Assembly: GCA_965112735.1 (NCBI GenBank)
Contig: OZ218952.1
Span: forward strand, 1-64,000
Length of the DNA stretch: 64,000 bases
DNA from: Phaeosaccion multiseriatum
Lineage: Eukaryota; Protista; Ochrophyta, other classes
Direction: 5' to 3'
The position numbers were made by a program, and so were the translations under genes. Positions 30,450 through 40,588 of this stretch are shown here, one piece after another; the stretch's first letter is position 1, and each line of letters starts with the position of its first letter. The notes beneath the pieces are model-generated. The model did no database searches. It worked only from the letters and a program-made list of their open reading frames with translations, and was not told the DNA's origin.

Positions 30450-33400
30450 AGAAAAGAAGAGTTCCGGCACTCAACACCGTGGACACTGTCGGCACTCAAC
30501 ACCAGACACAGTCTCCCTATCTCTCCTTCCCTCGCCCACGAGGACCCCGGCACTGAACACCAGGCGGGTCCCCTTGGCCGACACAAGCGCTCTGTCCGGG
30601 CCCAGGACAAGAGGCTCGCTTTCCACCACACCAGTATCTACTCTCCTCCTTGACAGTGTGCTCCACTCTTCCTGGGCTCTGTCTCCGCCGCCTCAGTAAG
30701 TGACAGCACACGCCAAGGTCTCTCCTCTTCTGAAAAATCTAAATTCCCTGCTTCACTGACATACTGTACATCTCCCCAGAGGGGACCCCCCCCCTTGGGG
30801 CGGTACCAAGCACCTACGCTGACGCTTCGCCCTGCTGGCTCCCATGTCTCCCACCTCTTCCTCGTCTCTGTTCCGCGAGAAACAAAGTTCCGTTGCTGCG
30901 CTGCTGAACAGGCTTTCGCGCCGTCGCGGCGCTCGGGCGAAGGTGGGAAGCCAGTGAGAGGCCTCCTTCCTTCAGTCGTAGGCGAGGGCCCGGGAGATGT
31001 CCGACTCCCGCTCCAAGGCGTCGCAGTATGCAAGCTGAGGACTATCCACATCCACGCCGTAGCCGGCTGTTCGAGGCCAAGAGGAATAGGGCTGGACTCC
31101 CAAGTGGCCACCTGCTCCGCAGGTGGAGAGGTCGTGGACCAGGGGTAGCTAACGTTGGGGGAAGGACTCATCATTAGTAGGGGGGGGCAGTCCCGTGAGG
31201 GACTCCCACCTTGGGAGCGCAGAGCGCCTCCAAGGGGGCCGCCTCCATGGAGGGAGGCGGGCACCGGGTTTCGGATGTAGTGGAGCTTGGGGTGCCACAG
31301 CAGTGAGCACCCCAAGTCCCGCTTCACCCCCACCCATCCGAGTACCCACCGGTGCGCTGCGAGGGTGCAGCAGCACCTGCCCCAGCCTAGTCGGGAGCCC
31401 ACTCTCCCGATCGTAGTCGGCCGGTACACAAAACACAAAGATACACAAACATTCATACGCACACAGACATAATAATACACATACAGGGGCAACAGTAGAC
31501 ACAGACGCACACCAGTACACACACACATACAAACACCCGCCGCGTGTACCGGTGTAGGGCTGCTGGTGCTGTTGCCAAGGGCTGCGCTCCCCGCTGCTGG
31601 GGGAGGAATGATGGCGAGGGAGGAGCCGCTGGTGTCGCCACGGGCAGAGTCAGTGTCCTTTGAAGAGGTCCCTTCGCACGCCCCCCTGCTGACCATCACA
31701 CACCCCCCACTCGCTTGGGATGGTGTGCTGGGGGGGGCGAGCCACTGAGCGAAATACACTGCGCAGTCCTCTGGCACGGCGGGTGGAAGCAGCAAAGCGC
31801 GCCCAAACCAGCAAATTCGGATTCTTTTCGGAATCACAGATCCAAAAGTGTCCATATATCCAACCCCTGTAGAAAAGCCGAAAATGCCCTCACAGAAGCG
31901 CTCATGTTTTCCGCTCCAAGCTCTTCGAACATCAACTCGTAGAAGTTACCCTTCTGCACACGCCGTACCAAGACCACTCTGCTGCGATTCCAACCGTCCG
32001 CCGTGGACTTCCGCTGTACCAGCTGAGCAATACAGCGAATGCCAAACACCTCGGTGCTGCGGGCCCGAAAAATGAACAAGTCCAATATCTCAAGCGCGGC
32101 GGCACCAATCCCTCGACCACCGAGCACGATAGCAAGAGGGTAGTCCATCCATACTACCGGAAGTAAGTCGTGCAAGCAGAGCGAGCCACAAGCCCTGTTC
32201 TCTCCCATCCTCCATGTTCACACCGCTCACGAGCCCCAACGCCGAAAAAAACATCACCTTCTCTTCTGCATCACAGGCAGGCCCCGACTTCCACTCCATA
32301 GCTGTTGTGAACGACCAAACATCATGCTTCCGCCGTCCATTACAGATAAGTAGCCAGATTGCTCAATGCCCCAATTTCCTTCAGCACCGGACGACGTACA
32401 TCGCCGTACACTCCGTAGACGGTCACCAAACGCTGCCGTACCTCCCGAAATGCGAGTACCGTACACTCCCAATGCCGCCTTCCAATTCTCAATTCTCCCT
32501 CGTATGCTGTGCCTCTCTTGTCGCCCATCGGTTCGCTGTTATGGCCACAGGTCCCATATCCGCTCCACACGCAAACTCGAGGCGCCAACCACGATCAAAG
32601 GGCTCTCCGGTTCCTTCCAACAGCCCGAATAGCTGCCTTCGCATCCATGCTGCCACCTTTGACGCTCGTACTATTTGCTTTGCGGTTGCTGTTTGTCCTG
32701 AGAGCTGAGCCTCCATCGGACCCCCCCCCTCCCCCTCCCATGCGTTCGAGATGGTGAGGGAGGTACAGCTGTAGTCCGTCTCCTTCCCTTCGCCGCTCCT
32801 CGGCCCGATATGTCTCTCGGATGTAGCTGCCGGAGGTGAGCCGTGCGAGCTCCCGTATCGAAGGTCAGCTACGCCCCCACCCATCCAGAGAGACTGCAGG
32901 CAAGCTCAGTGGCGACCACGTACGCCTCCTTCTGGCCATACTGCTGTTGTAGGTGGGAGACACTCCAACAACAAGGGAGGTACACTTAAACACGCAGACG
33001 TACACAAACATTCACAGGCACACAGATATAGACAAAGGCACAATACAGGGACACCAGCACCCACAAACGCACACTAGCACACACAGACGCAGACCAGCAC
33101 ACACAGATACAAACACACATCGTGTGTAGGGGCAGTGACCACGGCTGCTGTTGCCTAGGACTGCCCCGCCCGCCGTTGAGGGCCGGAATGGCGAGGGATG
33201 AGCCGCTGTTGTCACCGCGCGCAGAGCCAGCCTCCTTTGCGGAGGAGGCGCATATTCGCACGCCAAACACAGGAAATACGCACCCTACACACAGAAACAC
33301 CGTCTGGACATACACACACAAACATACAGACAAACACCTGGAAGAGCTAAGGGGCCTGCCGTCACCCGGGAGCCCCTTTCGTCTCGTAAAAAGACAAAAA

Positions 33401-34096
33401 ATGCCGTGGACCACACCCCCCAAACCTTGGGCCACGGGAGAGAGGAGAGGGCGGAGAGATGAGTAGGGCGTCGGCCTCAACACCGGACGCGGATCCTACG
33501 GCGATACCAGCAAGGAAGAAAGGGCGAAGAGGGCAAAAGGCGCCGGCACTCAACACCGGGGAGGCGGTCGGCACTCAACACCAGACACCGCTCCTAAGCC
33601 GTAGAGCCCCACAACACCGGCAAAGGGAAAGAAAAGAAGAGTTCCGGCACTCAACACCGTGGACACTGTCGGCACTCAACACCAGACACAGTCTCCCTAT
33701 CTCTCCTTCCCTCGCCCACGAGGACCCCGGCACTCAACACCAGGCGGGTCCCCTTGGCCGACACAAGCGCTCTGTCCGGGCCCAGGACAAGAGGCTCGCT
33801 TTCCACCACACCAGTATCTACTCTCCTCCTTGACAGTGTGCTCCACTCTTCCTGGGCTCTGTCTCCGCCGCCTCAGTAAGTGACAGCACACGCCAAGGTC
33901 TCTCCTCTTCTGAAAAATCTAAATTCCCTGCTTCACTGACATACTGTACATCTCCCCAGAGGGGACCCCCCCCCTTGGGGCGGTACCAAGCACCTACGCT
34001 GACGCTTCGCCCTGCTGGCTCCCATGTCTCCCACCTCTTCCTCGTCTCTGTTCCGCGAGAAACAAAGTTCCGTTGCTGCGCTGCTGAACAGGCTTT
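30449..34096 (-). mobile_element. Family Z copy 2: A1-internal-(B1)-A2, truncated within A2
   Basis: 33629-34096 is repeated at 30449-30916 (offset 3180, one difference seen). The A terminus is homologous to that of X. Confidence 0.88.
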
Positions 34097-37000
34097 TGAG
34101 CCCATCCAAGGCCCCACTTGGCGCTGTTGGGGCAATGCAGTATCTCAGTTGGGCCTGTTGTGCTGAGCCAATGCCCGGCGTGAGCATGTTGTGGCCAGCT
34201 AACGCGTCGTTCGGGCTGTGTGCGCCCCACAAATGCCGGCTTTAGGCTTTTTTGATCCCAGCACAGAGCCAGATTGGGCCATTTGAGCCCATCCAAGGCC
34301 CCACTTGGCGCTGTTGGGGCAATGCAGTATCTCAGTTGGGCCTGTTGTGCTGAGCCAATGCCCGGCGTGAGCATGTTGTGGCCAGCTAACGCGTCGTTCG
34401 GGCTGTGTGCGCCCCACAAATGCCGGCTTTAGGCTTTTTTATCCCAGCACAGAGCCAGATTGGGCCATTTGAGCCCATCCAAGGCCCCACTTGGCGCTGT
34501 TGGGGCAATGCAGTATCTCAGTTGGGCCTGTTGTGCTGAGCCAATGCCCGGCGTGAGCATGTTGTGGCCAGCTAACGCGTCGTTCGGGCTGTGTGCGCCC
34601 CACAAATGCCGGCTTTAGGCTTTTTTGATCCCAGCACAGAGCCAGATTGGGCCATTTGAGCCCATCCAAGGCCCCACTTGGCGCTGTTGGGGCAATGCAG
34701 TATCTCAGTTGGGCCTGTTGTGCTGAGCCAATGCCCGGCGTGACCATGTTGTGGCCAGCAAACGCGTCGTTCGGGCTGTGTGCGCCCCACAAATGCCGGC
34801 TTTAGGCTTTTTTGATCCCAGCACAGAGCCAGATTGGGCCATTTGAGCCCATCCAAGGCCCCACTTGGCGCTGTTGGGGCAATGCAGTATCTCAGTTGGG
34901 CCTGTTGTGCTGAGCCAATGCCCGGCGTGAGCATGTTGTGGCCAGCTAACGCGTCGTTCGGGCTGTGTGCGCCCCACAAATGCCGGCTTTAGGCTTTTTT
35001 TATCCCAGCACAGAGCCAGATTGGGCCATTTGAGCCCATCCAAGGCCCCACTTGGCGCTGTTGGGGCAATGCAGTATCTCAGTTGGGCCTGTTGTGCTGA
35101 GCCAATGCCCGGCGTGAGCATGTTGTGGCCAGCTAACGCGTCGTTCGGGCTGTGTGCGCCCCACAAATGCCGGCTTTAGGCTTTTTGATCCCAGCACAGA
35201 GCCAGATTGGGCCATTTGAGCCCATCCAAGGCCCCACTTGGCGCTGTTGGGGCAATGCAGTATCTCAGTTGGGCCTGTTGTGCTGAGCCAATGCCCGGCG
35301 TGAGCATGTTGTGGCCAGCTAACGCGTCGTTCGGGCTGTGTGCGCCCCACAAATGCCGGCTTTAGGCTTTTTTATCCCAGCACAGAGCCAGATTGGGCCA
35401 TTTGAGCCCATCCAAGGCCCCACTTGGCGCTGTTGGGGCAATGCAGTATCTCAGTTGGGCCTGTTGTGCTGAGCCAATGCCCGGCGTGAGCATGTTGTGG
35501 CCAGCAAACGCGTCGTTCGGGCTGTGTGCGCCCCACAAATGCCGGCTTTAGGCTTTTTTGATCCCAGCACAGAGCCAGATTGGGCCATTTGAGCCCATCC
35601 AAGGCCCCACTTGGCGCTGTTGGGGCAATGCAGTATCTCAGTTGGGCCTGTTGTGCTGAGCCAATGCCCGGCGTGACCATGTTGTGGCCAGCTAACGCGT
35701 CGTTCGGGCTGTGTGCGCCCCACAAATGCCGGCTTTAGGCTTTTTTTATCCCAGCACAGAGCCAGATTGGGCCATTTGAGCCCATCCAAGGCCCCACTTG
35801 GCGCTGTTGGGGCAATGCAGTATCTCAGTTGGGCCTGTTGTGCTGAGCCAATGCCCGGCGTGAGCATGTTGTGGCCAGCAAACGCGTCGTTCGGGCTGTG
35901 TGCGCCCCACAAATGCCGGCTTTAGGCTTTTTGATCCCAGCACAGAGCCAGATTGGGCCATTTGAGCCCATCCAAGGCCCCACTTGGCGCTGTTGGGGCA
36001 ATGCAGTATCTCAGTTGGGCCTGTTGTGCTGAGCCAATGCCCGGCGTGAGCATGTTGTGGCCAGCTAACGCGTCGTTCGGGCTGTGTGCGCCCCACAAAT
36101 GCCGGCTTTAGGCTTTTTTGATCCCAGCACAGAGCCAGATTGGGCCATTTGAGCCCATCCAAGGCCCCACTTGGCGCTGTTGGGGCAATGCAGTATCTCA
36201 GTTGGGCCTGTTGTGCTGAGCCAATGCCCGGCGTGAGCATGTTGTGGCCAGCAAACGCGTCGTTCGGGCTGTGTGCGCCCCACAAATGCCGGCTTTAGGC
36301 TTTTTTGATCCCAGCACAGAGCCAGATTGGGCCATTTGAGCCCATCCAAGGCCCCACTTGGCGCTGTTGGGGCAATGCAGTATCTCAGTTGGGCCTGTTG
36401 TGCTGAGCCAATGCCCGGCGTGACCATGTTGTGGCCAGCTAACGCGTCGTTCGGGCTGTGTGCGCCCCACAAATGCCGGCTTTAGGCTTTTTGATCCCAG
36501 CACAGAGCCAGATTGGGCCATTTGAGCCCATCCAAGGCCCCACTTGGCGCTGTTGGGGCAATGCAGTATCTCAGTTGGGCCTGTTGTGCTGAGCCAATGC
36601 CCGGCGTGAGCATGTTGTGGCCAGCAAACGCGTCGTTCGGGCTGTGTGCGCCCCACAAATGCCGGCTTTAGGCTTTTTTGATCCCAGCACAGAGCCAGAT
36701 TGGGCCATTTGAGCCCATCCAAGGCCCCACTTGGCGCTGTTGGGGCAATGCAGTATCTCAGTTGGGCCTGTTGTGCTGAGCCAATGCCCGGCGTGAGCAT
36801 GTTGTGGCCAGCTAACGCGTCGTTCGGGCTGTGTGCGCCCCACAAATGCCGGCTTTAGGCTTTTTTTATCCCAGCACAGAGCCAGATTGGGCCATTTGAG
36901 CCCATCCAAGGCCCCACTTGGCGCTGTTGGGGCAATGCAGTATCTCAGTTGGGCCTGTTGTGCTGAGCCAATGCCCGGCGTGAGCATGTTGTGGCCAGCT

Positions 37001-37171
37001 AACGCGTCGTTCGGGCTGTGTGCGCCCCACAAATGCCGGCTTTAGGCTTTTTTGATCCCAGCACAGAGCCAGATTGGGCCATTTGAGCCCATCCAAGGCC
37101 CCACTTGGCGCTGTTGGGGCAATGCAGTATCTCAGTTGGGCCTGTTGTGCTGAGCCAATGCCCGGCGTGAG
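34094..37171 (+). repeat. 187-bp satellite block S4
   Basis: About 16.5 monomers. Confidence 0.99.
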
Positions 37172-40100
37172 CGCTGCTTCAGCAGCGAAGCCACGGAAGT
37201 TCTGTTCTCGCGGAGTGGAGTCGACGGATAAACAGGGTATTGAGAGCCGAGGAGGGTGGAGCGTGAGCGCGTGTGTGGACCCCGAGGGGGGCTGGTAGGA
37301 TAGAATATATTTATGGCAGCAGATGGAAAACAACGGATTTGGATTTTCCGCTGGAGCTCAGAAGAGGAGGAGCCCTGCTGTACTCGCCACCCTACCGTGA
37401 TTGAAGGAGATAGAGAGCAGGTGCGGGAGCGTGTACAAGCAGGGAGGAGAGTAGAGACCGATGGTGTAGGAAAGCAAGGATCGCAGTAGGGCCCGACTGC
37501 TTCTCTTGTGAGGGTGAAGGTGCTGTGTGCTTACTTGTGTCATGCTAACTGTCGCAAACACAAGAGGTGCCCCCAATGCTAACTGTCGCAAGGGCTTGCG
37601 CTACGCACACGCATCTAGTAGAAGTGAGAGACCCTTAGCCTGGTGTAGTATGGAGCTCTCGCCGGGCAAAAGGTTTTTTCTTTCTTCTCTCGCCGGTGAC
37701 GGGGCTTCCACGTTAGCTCGTCGCCCTTTCCTCTCCATTAGTTTCGCGGGGTCCGTCCACCCCAGCCTCTCCGTCTCCTCCCTTCCCCAGCCCGCCTGGT
37801 TGTGGCGTCGCTGCGGCGGTGGCGGATCTTTTAGGTTGGGGGGTGAAAGATCCTCCCGCCTTGGCTGGTCCTGATGGTGATGAGAGCCCCGCGTATCGTG
37901 TTGGACGGAGATGCCGCAGCTGAGAGCCCCACGTATCGACGATCGTATCCGACGGAGATGCAACAGGGCAGGTGGACTCAGGGGGGGCTTTCAGGGGGGG
38001 AGGTATTGTGTGGGCAGCAGCAGCGCGCAGTGGTGTCGCTGCAGCCGGAGGGCACGGGCGCACGGACAGTTGGTGTGTAGTATGGGAGTGAGTGCTATGG
38101 CTGCGAAAGGATCGCTGGGAGGTGGCCTTGTTTTCCTCTTCCTCGCCTTTGGAGACGTTTTGCGTGTGGGAGAAGGGCGGCAGCAGAAGTGAGTGAAAAG
38201 GGGCTCTCAGCCAAGCAGCAAGAGCCTCGGGAGCCACGGCGAAGGAGTTCGTGAGTGTGGCAGCGGCGGCCGCATGGATACGGGGCAGGTGTTCGGGCTA
38301 TGACAAGGAACCGGTGAGCTCTGCTTTGATGGTGGTTGACGCCTCGAGGTGGCGTGTGAAGCGGCTGTTCCACCTGTGGCCACAACAGAGAAGCCCCGTA
38401 CAACAGGAGGGGCGCAGCGAGCAAGGAAGGCATGGGTCGTTGGCAGACAGCATTGCGAGTACACAGCGGTTTCATCTCGGACGACACAGCAACATCTAGG
38501 GTATTCATCTACGTGTTAAGTGTGGGGAAAGGGCACTACGCTGGGGGGTTGCGGCAGAGAGTGGGGAATCGACCCATGTCGCGACTTATCTGCAATGGGT
38601 GGCGGCGGAGTGGCGTTTGGTCGTACACAACAGCTGTGGAGTAAGTGTCGGGGCCCGCCTGTGCCGCAGATGGTCAGATGAGGGGTTTTCGGGTGTGTGG
38701 GGCCCTTGAGCGGTGCGAACAAAGAAAATGGGCGAGAGAAGGCACTAGGTTTTGCTATGCTTGCGCGACTTACTTGGGGTAGTAGGGATGGCATATCCTC
38801 GTGCCAGAATGCCCGGCGGTCGATTCTTTGGGGCAGCAGGGCTTGAGATCTTGGGCTTGTTCGTTTTGCGGGACGACAGCAGCGAGGTGTTTTGCCCTCG
38901 GTGTTTTGTCGACCGGGTCAAGCGGAAGTCCGCAGCGGACGGTTGGGATAGCAGTGGAGGAGTCTCGGCACGGTGTATGCAGAAGGGCCGCGTCCACGAG
39001 TCGATGTTCTAGGAGCTTGGGGCGGAAAACATAAGTGCTCCTGTTGGGGCATTTTCGGTTTTTCTACCGGGGTTGGTTCTATGGGTCTTTTGGATCTGTG
39101 ATTCCGAAATGAATTTCAATTTCGACCAAGTGGCTAATTGAGCGACCTTTGATCTGCGGCGATGGCGAATCTTTTAGATTGGGGGGTGAAAGATCCCTCC
39201 GTCTTGGTCCGTCATTGGAGCAGGTGATGAAGAGAGCGCCGACTATCGTATTCGGAGGACTTCGCAGGGGCTCCCGGTGATGGAGGAGGGAGTAGAGCTG
39301 TGCCGCGTCTCCCTCACTCTCACTGATGGCTCTGCAGGTGGGAGCACAGCAGATTGGTAGCGACATAGCACGCATCTCCTCCCACTCACGGCGGATCGAT
39401 GAGGCTTCAGCATCGGTCGCAAGCGGCGGTGACTGGCGGCTCCTCCGGTCTCAGGTGGGCCTGGGTCACGGCATTTCAGTATACGCGTGCAGGAGGCTAT
39501 GCATGATGGGCTGGGCAGGGCGCGGTAGGATACATGCAGACGCGGCTGCGCCCTGGGGACTTTGGGTGAATGGGGGATGAGCGGCTCCTCGGAACCGCTG
39601 CCCCCAAAGGCCCGTGCTCGCCCCCGTCAGGGAAGCGACACCCCGGAGGCACTGTGTGCCCCGAGGTGAGTCCCTCTCAGGACTGCACTCTTAATGAAAA
39701 GTTTATCCCCCAACAATGGCGACGACTGGATGAGGAGGAGCGAGGCCTCTCAATGGGTACCCAGTTTTGATTGAGCGCAACGACCGCGAGAACGCTGCTT
39801 CAGCAGCGAAGCCACGGAAGTTCTGTTCTCGCGGAGTGGAGTCGACGGATAAACAGGGTATTGAGAGCCGAGGAGGGTGGAGCGTGAGCGCGTGTGTGGA
39901 CCCCGAGGGGGGCTGGTAGGATAGAATATATTTATGGCAGCAGATGGAAAACAACGGATTTGGATTTTCCGCTGGAGCTCAGAAGAGGAGGAGCCCTGCT
40001 GTACTCGCCACCCTACCGTGATTGAAGGAGATAGAGAGCAGGTGCGGGAGCGTGTACAAGCAGGGAGGAGAGTAGAGACCGATGGTGTAGGAAAGCAAGG

Positions 40101-40588
40101 ATCGCAGTAGGGCCCGACTGCTTCTCTTGTGAGGGTGAAGGTGCTGTGTGCTTACTTGTGTCATGCTAACTGTCGCAAACACAAGAGGTGCCCCCAATGC
40201 TAACTGTCGCAAGGGCTTGCGCTACGCACACGCATCTAGTAGAAGTGAGAGACCCTTAGCCTGGTGTAGTATGGAGCTCTCGCCGGGCAAAAGGTTTTTT
40301 CTTTCTCCACCCACCCACCCATCTAGATTAGTTTAGTACATAGTAGTTAGATACTCAGTAGTTAAGGGGGGGATGAGCGGCTCCTCGGAACCGCTGCCCC
40401 CAAAGGCCCGTGCTCGCCCCCGTCAGGGAAGCGACACCCCGGAGGCACTGTGTGCCCCGAGGTGAGTCCCTCTCAGGACTGCACTCTTAATGAAAAGTTT
40501 ATCCCCCAACAATGGCGACGACTGGATGAGGAGGAGCGAGGCCTCTCAATGGGTACCCAGTTTTGATTGAGCGCAACGACCGCGAGAA
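37172..40588 (+). mobile_element. Complete non-autonomous X element with split direct repeats (PAT/Ngaro-like YR retrotransposon architecture), 3417 bp
   Basis: A1 37172-37685 equals A2 39793-40306; B1 39572-39792 equals B2 40368-40588; 61-bp spacer. Satellite resumes exactly in phase (GTGAG|CATG) with no TSD. The class is inferred from architecture only. Confidence 0.85.

Noticed and set aside
31834-32708. Conserved protein gene in the shared module of Z and X
   Set aside because: Frames are broken differently in each family, and only about a fifth to a quarter of the changes I counted were synonymous, as expected without coding selection.
37172-40588. Hammerhead ribozyme in X repeats (Penelope or retrozyme signature)
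   Set aside because: No CTGANGA...GAAA core with flanking stems found by eye on either strand of A or B. An Infernal search would settle it.
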